NCBI GenBank assembly: GCA_036677365.1
Contig: JAVBWN010000011.1
Location: 1-24,354 of the forward strand
DNA length: 24,354 nucleotides
DNA from: Acholeplasma sp.
GTDB taxonomy: Bacteria; Bacillota_I; Bacilli_A; Acholeplasmatales; UBA5453
Direction of reading: 5' to 3'
The notes beneath the pieces were generated by a model. It worked only from the letters and a program-made list of their open reading frames with translations. It was not told the DNA's origin and made no database searches. Below are positions 8,648-18,336 of this stretch, piece by piece (within the stretch, counting starts at the first letter, position 1; every line of letters begins with the position of its first letter). A program made the position numbers and the translations under genes.

Positions 8648-10991
8648 AGCTTCTAAGTTCTGCTTTAAATTCAAATTGTAGGCGGTTAACAATGGACTTC
8701 ATCAATTTGTCCACATCTAAGGCTTCGAGTGTTTTTTCTTTACTGTTGAATGTTAGACTGTAGGCTAAGGATTGTTTAAAATCCCCTAGTTTTTCATCAC
8801 GGTACACATCAAATAGTTTTAAGTCCACTAAAAACTTACGCGCTGTTTGTTCGATGAGTTTGGTGATTTTGCCCACTTCAATATGACGATCGACCACAAA
8901 TGCCAAGTCTCTAGTAATGTTTGGGTATTTTGAAATCACTTCAAACTTTGGTTGTGGTTCAATTAGAGTCATGATTTTTTCCAAACTAAGTTCGAATGTA
9001 TATGCATCTAATTCTAAATTCGGGTGTAATTTTCCAATCACACCGACCACTTGGTTTTGAATGAGGATATTTGCACATACCCCTGGGTGGAATCCTTCGA
9101 TTTGGGTTTGTTTTTCATAGGTCGCTACCAAATCAAAGTGTCTTAGGATGGCGTCTACAATGCCTTTTAATACGTAAAATGATGACTCAATGCCTTGTTT
9201 ATTCCAAGCAATTTGTTGATAAGTCCCCATCAATAAACCTGCCATATGGATTGGTTCTTCATGAGAATAATATACTTTACCGACTTCAAAGAATTGTAGA
9301 TCATTGATTTGTCTTGATGTATGGTATTTCGCATTTTCAACCAAGCCATTGATGAGGGCATGTCTTAAGGATTTTTTATCTTCAGACAGTGGATGAAGTA
9401 CCGAAATGATGTCTTCACTTGGTAGTGTAAATAGATTGACTTCATTGGTTTTCAACAATGAGTAATTTAAGACTTCATTGAAACCTAGGTGTCTTAACAC
9501 GCGTCTCATCTTCAAAACCTGGGTTTGACGTTTAGAATAATGTCCCAATTGATTGGTTTTAGGTAAGGTCAAAGGAATATTATTTAAGCCATAAATGCGA
9601 GCCACTTCTTCGATTAAATCGGCTTCGATACGTAAATCATTTCGATGGCTCGGGATTAAATACACATTTTCAGACACAGGGATGATATTCAAGCGTTTTA
9701 AGATGTCACGCAATTGTTCTTTAGACAATTGAATGCCTAGGTGCTTATTGACTTTTTCAACATAAAGTTCAATCTTGACTGGTTTTGGATAAGGAATGCC
9801 TGTGTAAGCAATCTCTTTGGTGACTTCAGCGTTGGCAAGTTCATACAACATCGACGCTGCTTTGTTGATGGCCATGCGTACGCGTGTTTCATCTATACCA
9901 CGTTCAAAACGCAAGGAAGAGTCACTTCTTAAATCGAGTCGTTTGGATGTTTCACCGATGCATTTCGGATCAAAGCTGGCTGCTTCAAGGATGATTGAGG
10001 TTGTTTCATGGTCAACCATGGTATTTTCTAAGCCCATGACACCTGCGAGAGCCACAGGGTATAATCCATTGGTGATGACGATATCTTTAGCGGATAAAAT
10101 GCGTTTGATGCCATCGAGCGTGGTGACTTCTTCCCCAGCTTTCGCATCACGAATGACCACTTTATCGGTTTCGAATTTTTGACGGTCAAACGCATGCAAA
10201 GGGACACCGAGTTGTAACATCACATAGTTGGTCACGTCGACCACATTGTTGATTGGACGAATACCACTGGCAATCAAATCTGCTCTTAACCATTCTGGTG
10301 ACGATTTGACTTGAATATGGTTCAATGTTCTGGCGAAATAACGGTAACAACCTTGGGTTTCATTTTGGACAACCACTGGGTTCAGTTGTTCAGATTCAAA
10401 CGGGGTTTCTTCATGATACACGAGTTTCTTATTTAAGACAGCCGATAGATCATAAGCAAATCCTAAAACAGACAATAAATCTGCCCTGTTTGGCGTTAAA
10501 GATAACTCCATCGAATCTTGATTTAAGTTCAAGAATGGCAGTGGGTCTTGTCCTAGGGGTACCGGGGCACTGAAGTAGAAAATACCGTCTTTGTATTGGT
10601 CTTCGACATATTTATCTTCAATGCCAAGTTCTCTTAAGGAACAAATCATTCCGTTGGATTCAACCCCACGGATTTTACTGCGCTTGATTTCAAAGTTGCC
10701 TGGTAAAACCGCACCCGGGGTCGCTACGATAACGTATTGACCAGCCGCCACATTGGCTGCACCGCACACGATTTGTTCGACCAAACCATGGCCTAAATCT
10801 ACGGTTGTGACGTGTAAGTGGTCAGAGTTCGGGTGGTCTACACACGTCAACACATGACCTGTCACTAACCCACTCGCAACCACTAAGGATTCATAGGATT
10901 CGATTTCTGTTATGTAACCATTGGTCAGTTCTTTTAAATTATTGGGTACCTCATGCATGAGGGTTTTTAACATATGGGTAGAGATTTTCAT
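8646..10991 (-). CDS. pheT: Phenylalanine--tRNA ligase beta subunit
   Basis: QIVCGA, GVESNGMICS, LTPNRAD, NNVVDVTNY, RFERG, DLIEEVARIYG and the C-terminal anticodon-binding RDLA motif. Directly after pheS. Confidence 0.97.
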   Translation of the reverse strand: MKISTHMLKTLMHEVPNNLKELTNGYITEIESYESLVVASGLVTGHVLTCVDHPNSDHLHVTTVDLGHGLVEQIVCGAANVAAGQYVIVATPGAVLPGNFEIKRSKIRGVESNGMICSLRELGIEDKYVEDQYKDGIFYFSAPVPLGQDPLPFLNLNQDSMELSLTPNRADLLSVLGFAYDLSAVLNKKLVYHEETPFESEQLNPVVVQNETQGCYRYFARTLNHIQVKSSPEWLRADLIASGIRPINNVVDVTNYVMLQLGVPLHAFDRQKFETDKVVIRDAKAGEEVTTLDGIKRILSAKDIVITNGLYPVALAGVMGLENTMVDHETTSIILEAASFDPKCIGETSKRLDLRSDSSLRFERGIDETRVRMAINKAASMLYELANAEVTKEIAYTGIPYPKPVKIELYVEKVNKHLGIQLSKEQLRDILKRLNIIPVSENVYLIPSHRNDLRIEADLIEEVARIYGLNNIPLTLPKTNQLGHYSKRQTQVLKMRRVLRHLGFNEVLNYSLLKTNEVNLFTLPSEDIISVLHPLSEDKKSLRHALINGLVENAKYHTSRQINDLQFFEVGKVYYSHEEPIHMAGLLMGTYQQIAWNKQGIESSFYVLKGIVDAILRHFDLVATYEKQTQIEGFHPGVCANILIQNQVVGVIGKLHPNLELDAYTFELSLEKIMTLIEPQPKFEVISKYPNITRDLAFVVDRHIEVGKITKLIEQTARKFLVDLKLFDVYRDEKLGDFKQSLAYSLTFNSKEKTLEALDVDKLMKSIVNRLQFEFKAELRS

Positions 10992-10992
10992 C

Positions 10993-11988
10993 TTAGCGTC
11001 CCCCTTTAAATTGTTTCAAGAAACGAATATCGTTGGTATAAAATTGTCTGATATCATCGATTTTGTACTTCAAAATGCCCAAGCGTTCAACCCCGATACC
11101 GAAAGCGAAACCTTGAACTTTTTCTGGGTCATACCCACCCATTTTTAATACATTCGGATGCACCATACCAGCCCCTAAAACTTCAATCCAACGCCCATCT
11201 TCATGGTGGACATCGACTTCGACGGAAGGTTCAGTGAATGGGAAATAGGATGGTCTCAAACGGATTTCTCTATCTTGACCAAAAAATTGACGAATGACTG
11301 CAAGTAAGGTGCCTTTTAAATCCGACATCGCGATGTCTTCACCAATCACCAAGCCTTCAATTTGCATGAATTGATGGCTGTGTGTTTGGTCATCATCGTC
11401 TCTTCTGTAGACTTTCCCTGGGCATACGATTTTGATGGGTTTACCGGCACTTTCAAGCATGGTTCTCGCTTGAACTGGGGAGGTGTGTGTTCTTAATAAG
11501 CGGTTTGGATCAATGTAAAAAGAGTCTTGCATCGCACGTGCTGGGTGGTCTTTAGGTAGATTGAGCATTTCAAAGTTATAATGGTCGCTTTCCACTTCTG
11601 GGCCTTCTTTAACTTCATAACCCAATCCGATGAAAAATGCTTCAAGTTCTTCAACGATTTGTTGTAAAAGGTGTGCGGTGCCAATTTCTGTTTGTAACCC
11701 CGGCAAGGTCACATCGATCGATTCTTTTTCCAATTTTGAAGCAATCTCTTGTTGTTCGATATACGAACGTTTTTCTTCAAACAAGCCTTCTAATGCCTGT
11801 TTGACTTCATTGATGAGTTTACCTACCTTGGGTTTTTCTTCGTTTGGTAAGTCTTTTAGGGTCATCATTAAACTCGCAATTTCCCCTTTTTTACCCAAAT
11901 ACTGTGCCTTCAAGTTATTGAGGTCATTCATATTTTGGATTGTTTCAAGCGCTTGTTTGGCTTGTTCTAATAAGTGTTGTAGATCCAT
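10993..11988 (-). CDS. pheS: Phenylalanine--tRNA ligase alpha subunit
   Basis: [32 protein letters not shown] and [11 protein letters not shown] motifs. Confidence 0.98.
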   Translation of the reverse strand: MDLQHLLEQAKQALETIQNMNDLNNLKAQYLGKKGEIASLMMTLKDLPNEEKPKVGKLINEVKQALEGLFEEKRSYIEQQEIASKLEKESIDVTLPGLQTEIGTAHLLQQIVEELEAFFIGLGYEVKEGPEVESDHYNFEMLNLPKDHPARAMQDSFYIDPNRLLRTHTSPVQARTMLESAGKPIKIVCPGKVYRRDDDDQTHSHQFMQIEGLVIGEDIAMSDLKGTLLAVIRQFFGQDREIRLRPSYFPFTEPSVEVDVHHEDGRWIEVLGAGMVHPNVLKMGGYDPEKVQGFAFGIGVERLGILKYKIDDIRQFYTNDIRFLKQFKGGR

Positions 11989-12002
11989 AGTTGCCTCCTT
12001 AG

Positions 12003-12216
12003 CAAAAAATAAAAGACGCCATTAGATTGCTCTAAGGACGTCATAAACGCGGTACCACCTTAGTTCTAGAATTGCTTCTAGCCCTCAATATCTTTAACGC
12101 AGACCTACGGGTGTGATTAGCACCACAAGAAAGTCGAATTCGTTATTCGCCGTGAGACATTTTCACCACACATGTCCTCTCTATACACTTATGAATAAGT
12201 ACTGGTTCTTTCTATT
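12003..12216 (-). promoter_or_regulatory. T-box riboswitch (Phe specifier UUC) upstream of pheS-pheT
   Basis: Minus strand shows AGTA, AGAGAG and GGTGAAA boxes, specifier GAA-TTC (UUC at 12138-12136), T-box AAGGTGGTACCGCG (12061-12048) and a terminator GACGTCCTTAGA...TCTAATGGCGTC-TTTTATTTTT. Confidence 0.95.
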
Positions 12217-12221
12217 GTTAT

Positions 12222-12986
12222 TTAATCTCTTCTAGATAATATTATAGCAAGTAATCTCAAAACTTGGTAGTAGATATATACGATTGCTACCATTAATCCA
12301 AGGGCAGCTACCCACTCATAACGTTTGTCTAAGCCTTGATCTGCAATTTGAACTGCATTATCAAAGTGTAGTGTTAGCATGAATGCCCCATACATGATGA
12401 ATACCAATGTCAAGAATAAGACCACAGGGCTATCTGGATTGCCAAATAACATATACGCCATTTGACCGCCATCAAAAATCGATGCGATGGACACGAATAA
12501 AACCACAGAGATCATCATGAATCCAAAACTCATCATGAAACGTCTAAAGCCTTTGGTAACCACAATCAGTTTGGTACTATATAAGACCAACATCCCAAAG
12601 AAAATTGCGCCAGTAATTAATACAGCCAACAATACGATGTTGTAACCTGTGTAATTGAATGACGCCATGTAAATGGCACTGATGAGGACAAGGAACAAAC
12701 CTTCACTCATCGCATAAATCAATGAGAACACAGGGGCAAGTCGAATCGAAGACATAGCTACGATGATGCTAATAAAACCAATGATACCTGAGAACAATAC
12801 TAAACCAATGTATAAGTTTGGATTTTCACCAGCAAAACTGAGGGCAAACACCCCAGTGCCGATGGCAACTGCAAACATCAATATGGTTTTTAAGATGATG
12901 CCACGAATGCTTGCTGCTTCAGCACCATACGCCATGGCCTCAGGATTTTTTCTTAATTTCGAAAATACAGGATTATTTTGTTGCAT
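12222..12986 (-). CDS. Bax inhibitor-1/YccA family membrane protein
   Basis: About 7 TM segments, N-terminal NPVF, Y...EG.FL..IS, and L.L.FD....G..K.YEW..A.GL....VYIY...LRLL. Start moved to ATG 12986 after GGAGG. Confidence 0.85.
   Translation of the reverse strand: MQQNNPVFSKLRKNPEAMAYGAEAASIRGIILKTILMFAVAIGTGVFALSFAGENPNLYIGLVLFSGIIGFISIIVAMSSIRLAPVFSLIYAMSEGLFLVLISAIYMASFNYTGYNIVLLAVLITGAIFFGMLVLYSTKLIVVTKGFRRFMMSFGFMMISVVLFVSIASIFDGGQMAYMLFGNPDSPVVLFLTLVFIMYGAFMLTLHFDNAVQIADQGLDKRYEWVAALGLMVAIVYIYYQVLRLLAIILSRRD
12241..12249 (-). promoter_or_regulatory. Extended -10 promoter for the pheS T-box leader, inside the upstream CDS
   Basis: TGcTATAAT about 25 nt upstream of the T-box stem I. 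No intergenic room exists for another promoter. Confidence 0.65.
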
Positions 12987-13009
12987 AAATGTAACCTCCA
13001 TTCAACCGT

Positions 13010-13038
13010 ATTATAAAACTTCTTGTTTTAAAGTGCAA
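13010..13038 (-). promoter_or_regulatory. SigA-type promoter for the BI-1/YccA gene
   Basis: TTGCAC-17nt-TATAAT. The -35 lies in the last codons of polC. Confidence 0.7.
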
Positions 13039-16000
13039 ATAAACCATGTTCAATCACATCATTTTCCTCATTTAAATCGTCAAAGGCCCCATAAGCTTCC
13101 ATCTTTTCAAACACGGTCTTGTTGATCTTTGTTCGATTTTTGACATCGTCTTTCGAGGAGAATGTTTTTTCATTTCTTTTTTCTACGATATCATAAGCCA
13201 CTTGTGTGCCTAAACCATCGACAGAAACAAACGGCATCCTCAAGTGGTTGCCTTCAATTTTGAATTCAACCGCTTCGGATTGGAAAATATCGACTTTGAG
13301 GAATTTCATCCCTCTTAAGGTCATTTCTAAGGCAATTTGTAGTACTGTCAATACCGACTCATCTTTGGCTGTGGTATTGAATAACCCTTCAATTTCTTTG
13401 ATGCGGTTTCGAATGGCGTTTGGACCCAGTACCATGGTTTCATAGTCAAACTGGTCAGCACGCTTAGAGAAATATGCGCTATAAAATAAGATGGGTTTAT
13501 ATACTTTGAACCAAGCAATACGCATCGCCATCAGTACATACGCGGTCGCATGGGCTTTAGGGAACATGTATTTAATTTGTGAACAGCTCCAAATGTACCA
13601 TTTTGGCACACCATTGCGGGTCATCAACTCTTCATAGGTTTTCCACTTTTCTTTGTCTTTGGAAGGTTTGCCTTTACGGACAAACTCCATGATCTCAAAA
13701 GATTTGAGGGGGTCCATACCAAAGTTGATTAAGTCCACCATGATATCGTCTCGACAACCAATGATTTGATCAAATGTGATGCCTTGAAATTCTTCTTTTT
13801 TATTCAGTATCAAGTCTTGGGCATTTTTAAGCCAAACATCGGTTCCATGTGATAGACCCGATATTTTAACCATACCTGCAAAGTTGTTTGGTTTGGTGTC
13901 GGTGAGCATTTGTCTGACGAAGTTTGTCCCAAGTTCAGGAATACCAAAGGAAGCTACCTCACTGTTGATGTCTTTAGGGTCTAAACCAATACAAGTGGTA
14001 TTGCAAAAGAGTTCATACACTTTAGGGTCATCGACAGGGATGTCTGCAGCATCACTGAAAGGAAAATCGTTGGGGTGTGCTTTGACATAATCCATCAAAA
14101 AGCGAATCATCGTTGGGTCATCGTGTCCTAGAATATCGAGTTTCAATAAATTGTCTTCAAAAGAGTGATAATCGAAGTGGGTGGTTTTCCAACCAGCTTC
14201 GATGTCATCGGCTGGGTATTGAATTGGGGTCACATCGAAAATTTCTTTTTCAGATGGGACAACCACAATCCCACCCGGGTGTTGTCCGGATGAACGCTTA
14301 ACCCCTTCGATATTTTTAGCCAATCGTTCGACTTGAGCATTTCTAATACCAACAATCTGTTTATCTTCTAGAAAACCTTTGACATAACCAAAGGCATTTC
14401 TTTCAGCAACCGTTTGAATCGTGCCCGCTCTAAAAGTATGGGATTCTCCAAGGAGCTCTCTTACATAATCGTGGGCTTTCGACTGGTATTCACCTGAGAA
14501 GTTTAAGTCAATATCGGGGACTTTATCGCCATTGAAACCTAAGAATGTTTCAAATGGGATATCATGGCCATCCTTGTGCAAAGGTTGGCCGCAGTGTGGG
14601 CAGACTTGGTTAGATAAATCGTAGCCAGAAGCCACATTGTCAAAGTGAACTTGGAATGCTTTTTCTAAATCGGTTAATCCAAATTGAGCGGTGTCTTCTT
14701 CACTCATTTTGAACACTGTAAAATCACCATTAGGACAACGGTAATGGGGTTTTAAAGGGTTGACCTCAGTGATGCCCATCAAAGTCGCAACCAACGAAGA
14801 CCCTACCGACCCACGGGAACCCACGAGATAGCCCGCATCATTGCTGTTTTTAGTGAGTAAATAGGAAATGTAATAAATCGGTCCAAACTCATTTTCAATG
14901 ATGTTTTTGAGTTCTCGTTCAATGCGTTTTTCAACCATTGGGTGGATCCGTTCACCATAGAGTTGATGGGCTTTTTGATAAACCAATCGGTAAATTTCAT
15001 CTTTAATGGATGCAATACCTAACTTGTCTTTAAAAGCGTCATCTCTTAAGGAATACAAGCTCTTTGGAAAGGCTTGAATCGCATCGATCTTATTGTTTAA
15101 TTTGTTGGTGTTGGTAACGACGATTTCATATGCCAATTCTGACCCAATGAATTTGAAAGCATCGAGCATTTCATCGGTCGTCATGAAGTATTGTAAAGGT
15201 GCCGTTTCATAACGTGCTAAATCGTGGGTACCGCCGCCGACAAGTTTCGTGCGGATATAAATGTCACGGTAGATGGCATCGGATTCATTGAGGTAATGGA
15301 CATCCCCAGTGGCGATGACCAATTTATTCATTTCTTTAGCGACCCGAATGATTTTTTTAATGAGTGATTGGATGATAAAATCCGCTTCAACACCTAAATC
15401 TTCTTTCAAATGTCGATACGATATCGGCGGTTGAACTTCGATGTAATCGTAAAATCCAATGACCCTTCTTAGGTCATCCTCACTGCGGTTTAAGGCCATC
15501 TCAAACACTTCGCCATGGCTACAACCGGACCCTACCAAAATCCCTTCACGGTGTTTTTGGAGTACCGATTTTAATAAACGAGGTCCTTCAAAGAAATGGT
15601 CTGTCAGTGTGTCTGATATGATTTTAAATAAATTTTTATACCCTACTTGGTTTTGGACCAATAAATTCATATGGGTAGTAAACCCGCATTGCCATGCATT
15701 GTTCAGTTCAATCGCGCGGTTGATGTCACTGTGTTTGGTTATGCCTTTTTTGTATAGATCAGCCAGCATTAAAATGAAAATGTTGGCGGTTGCTAAGGCA
15801 TCATCCACCGCTCTGTGGTGGGTTTCTAGTTTTACTTTAAACAGTTTAGCCACTGCTTTTAAATTGTAACGCTTGAGTTCATCACGGTAATAATAACGGG
15901 CGATATTCAACGTATCGATGACTGGAAATTCAATGTCATCGATGGACAATCTCGCCATATTCGAATAGATGTGGCCGATATCAAACGATGCGTTGTGGGC

Positions 16001-17476
16001 AACCAAGATTGCCCCTTTTGCAAACTCAAGAAACTTCGGTAATGCTTCATCAATTTTCGGTGCTCCGACCAAATCTTCATCGGTAATGGTCGTTAAACTT
16101 GTTGTGAAATAAGACAGTTTTTGTTCTGGATTCACGAAGGTTGAAAACTGTTCGGTCACTTGATGATTTTGAATCTTTACAGCCGATATTTCAATGATTT
16201 TGTCTCTTTCGGATGATAGCCCGGTGGTTTCAAGGTCAAAGACCACATATGTAGCGGTTTTAAGATCGATGTCTTTATCACCAAATGCCATCTTAAAGGC
16301 AGTTTCATCGATATAATTGACTTCAACCCCATAAATCGGTTTGATGGCTTTTCCTTTGGTTGCTTTTGCAATATCTGGGTAAGCATATAGACCATCATGG
16401 TCTGTAAAAGCAATCGCCTTGTGTCCCCATTTGATGGCTTGGTCGACATAATCGGCCACATCGGTAATGCCATCCATATTGGACATTTTGGTGTGTAGAT
16501 GGAATTCAATGCGTTTTTCTTTCGCACTGTCTTTACGTTCTTTTTTGCTGGTTTTTTCTAGGAATTCAATGACATTCGCGATGATGATGACGTCTTTAGC
16601 AAACGTATCAAATGATGCCCGACCAGAGATTCGAACAATGTCGTTTTCTTTATAGGCTTCTGCGGTTGTGATGTCTTCAGGCTTATTTAAAAATTGTTTT
16701 ACAATGATGGCATCATCGGCATCCGCGACCGTCATTTGTAATAATGATATATTTTTCAAATGTTTGATTTCGGTTTTTAATATAGCACCTTCGACTGAAA
16801 AAGCAGGTACACCTTGGGTGTTTTGATATTTATCCAATTCGTAATTGTCTTTTGGGATGTCTGAAATTGGGCTGATCTTTTCTGCTTTATAAACTTTTTT
16901 GAAATTCTTTAACGCTTTTTTAGGTTCAACTTTTTCTTTGGGTTGAATATCTTTCAATTTTTCTATCGCCTGTTGCTCATCTTTTTTGATTTCTTCAATG
17001 ACATTGGGGATGGTTTTAGTCACTTCAAGTCTAACTTTCGTATCAAAACCATATTTTCTAAAGGCTTCTTCAAAGAATGGTAAATACTTATTTAAATGCT
17101 CACTGTGTTCATCGACAAACACAACAAAGCCGTCGGTATAGATGACTTCAAAGTTTTTGAATACATTGAGTGAAGCGCGTTCTTCGGAAAGCATTTGTAA
17201 AACCCATTGGAAGTAAGCTACGGGGTCTTTTTGCCAGGTTGGGTTTTGATATGAAAACACATACTCTACTTTGTGAACTTGATTAGGTATGGTGAAATAA
17301 AGGACCAACTGTGATGCAAAGTGACCCAATGATTTCGCTTCGGGTGTTTCACTAAAAGAGATGAAAAACGTCCATTTTTTCTCTTTTGGATTCACAGCCA
17401 CATTATTTAGCTGAGCAGCCAATAATTGAGGGTCCTTAAACCCCGATTGTTTTAAAAATAACTCGAATTTATTCAT
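13028..17476 (-). CDS. polC: DNA polymerase III PolC-type
   Basis: 1482 aa. OB fold, PHP (HLHTKMS.MDG, AFTDH), embedded 3'-5' exonuclease (VVFDLETTG, AHNASFD, HRA.DD), GSRGSVGSS, KVPDIDLNFSG, GQHPGG and FPKAHA.AY motifs. Confidence 0.98.
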   Translation of the reverse strand: MNKFELFLKQSGFKDPQLLAAQLNNVAVNPKEKKWTFFISFSETPEAKSLGHFASQLVLYFTIPNQVHKVEYVFSYQNPTWQKDPVAYFQWVLQMLSEERASLNVFKNFEVIYTDGFVVFVDEHSEHLNKYLPFFEEAFRKYGFDTKVRLEVTKTIPNVIEEIKKDEQQAIEKLKDIQPKEKVEPKKALKNFKKVYKAEKISPISDIPKDNYELDKYQNTQGVPAFSVEGAILKTEIKHLKNISLLQMTVADADDAIIVKQFLNKPEDITTAEAYKENDIVRISGRASFDTFAKDVIIIANVIEFLEKTSKKERKDSAKEKRIEFHLHTKMSNMDGITDVADYVDQAIKWGHKAIAFTDHDGLYAYPDIAKATKGKAIKPIYGVEVNYIDETAFKMAFGDKDIDLKTATYVVFDLETTGLSSERDKIIEISAVKIQNHQVTEQFSTFVNPEQKLSYFTTSLTTITDEDLVGAPKIDEALPKFLEFAKGAILVAHNASFDIGHIYSNMARLSIDDIEFPVIDTLNIARYYYRDELKRYNLKAVAKLFKVKLETHHRAVDDALATANIFILMLADLYKKGITKHSDINRAIELNNAWQCGFTTHMNLLVQNQVGYKNLFKIISDTLTDHFFEGPRLLKSVLQKHREGILVGSGCSHGEVFEMALNRSEDDLRRVIGFYDYIEVQPPISYRHLKEDLGVEADFIIQSLIKKIIRVAKEMNKLVIATGDVHYLNESDAIYRDIYIRTKLVGGGTHDLARYETAPLQYFMTTDEMLDAFKFIGSELAYEIVVTNTNKLNNKIDAIQAFPKSLYSLRDDAFKDKLGIASIKDEIYRLVYQKAHQLYGERIHPMVEKRIERELKNIIENEFGPIYYISYLLTKNSNDAGYLVGSRGSVGSSLVATLMGITEVNPLKPHYRCPNGDFTVFKMSEEDTAQFGLTDLEKAFQVHFDNVASGYDLSNQVCPHCGQPLHKDGHDIPFETFLGFNGDKVPDIDLNFSGEYQSKAHDYVRELLGESHTFRAGTIQTVAERNAFGYVKGFLEDKQIVGIRNAQVERLAKNIEGVKRSSGQHPGGIVVVPSEKEIFDVTPIQYPADDIEAGWKTTHFDYHSFEDNLLKLDILGHDDPTMIRFLMDYVKAHPNDFPFSDAADIPVDDPKVYELFCNTTCIGLDPKDINSEVASFGIPELGTNFVRQMLTDTKPNNFAGMVKISGLSHGTDVWLKNAQDLILNKKEEFQGITFDQIIGCRDDIMVDLINFGMDPLKSFEIMEFVRKGKPSKDKEKWKTYEELMTRNGVPKWYIWSCSQIKYMFPKAHATAYVLMAMRIAWFKVYKPILFYSAYFSKRADQFDYETMVLGPNAIRNRIKEIEGLFNTTAKDESVLTVLQIALEMTLRGMKFLKVDIFQSEAVEFKIEGNHLRMPFVSVDGLGTQVAYDIVEKRNEKTFSSKDDVKNRTKINKTVFEKMEAYGAFDDLNEENDVIEHGLFAL

Positions 17477-17484
17477 AAATTATC

Positions 17485-18270
17485 CTACTCTTCGTCGTCT
17501 TTTTTCTTGATGACCACTTTTGACATTTTTAGTAACCCATTGAATGCGATGGTCATCGTGATGAATGGAAGGAACATACCCAAAAACATGAGAAATCCAA
17601 GTCCATATAATTCAGCAACCAATGCTAAAATAAAATAGCTTGTGGTTGAATAAGTTGCCATGATGAAACGGTATCTAAATGTGAGTTTTTCCATTCTAAA
17701 CCCATATGAAAACGCCATGATGCCAGAAAGTAACATGTACAAAATGAAATTTGCTATGAATATATAAACAGAGAGTGTGCTCGCATATAAAGATTGAAAT
17801 TGATCTCCAAATCGAATTAAACCCGCTTTAAAAATATCCACGTCTTGTTGTGTTTGTAAGGCCAAATTGAGATTGTCAAATCCAAGTTCGTCGTAACTAA
17901 TGGTGTCCACGACGACCCCAGCTGAATATAATGCGATTTGCTCGGATTCGAAAACAAATTGAACCTTAAGTGGTTCAGGGGCAGACAAGAATAAGACTTC
18001 AATCCCACCAATCGTGATAGATTCAGGACTGATACAAGAAAGTGTACCATCCACAATTTGACAAGGGGTTGCTTTTTGAATGAATATCCCTGTAATATCT
18101 TGCTTAACATCCGCGGTCATGGGTGATACCACATGTAATTGAATGGCTAGTGGTAAGGTCGCTAATAAAGCCAAAAGAGCCATGTATAGAAATACATAAC
18201 CCATTTTATCTTTTAAAAAAAATGCAATTTTCCTCGGTTGAAATACCGATATTTGGATGCGATTTAACAT
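17485..18270 (-). CDS. Membrane protein, DUF1189-like
   Basis: N-terminal S...P.KI..F.K......F.Y followed by a TM segment, an extracytoplasmic region and 3 C-terminal TMs with a 'L.F...F..A.YS.T' pattern. 8 nt upstream of polC. Confidence 0.65.
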   Translation of the reverse strand: MLNRIQISVFQPRKIAFFLKDKMGYVFLYMALLALLATLPLAIQLHVVSPMTADVKQDITGIFIQKATPCQIVDGTLSCISPESITIGGIEVLFLSAPEPLKVQFVFESEQIALYSAGVVVDTISYDELGFDNLNLALQTQQDVDIFKAGLIRFGDQFQSLYASTLSVYIFIANFILYMLLSGIMAFSYGFRMEKLTFRYRFIMATYSTTSYFILALVAELYGLGFLMFLGMFLPFITMTIAFNGLLKMSKVVIKKKDDEE

Positions 18271-18289
18271 GGCACAACCTCTTCTTTTT

Positions 18290-18321
18290 ATTATAACATA
18301 ATAAGCGACCTGTGATAAAAT
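18290..18321. promoter_or_regulatory. Overlapping divergent extended -10 promoters
   Basis: Minus TGtTATAAT (18298-18290) and plus TGaTAAAAT (18313-18321) within a 66-nt intergenic gap. Confidence 0.65.
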
Positions 18322-18336
18322 ACATTTGGTGATGAC

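Noticed and set aside
13028..17476. Intein or intron in polC
   Set aside because: The ORF is continuous, of normal PolC length, with no splice-junction or homing-endonuclease motifs seen.
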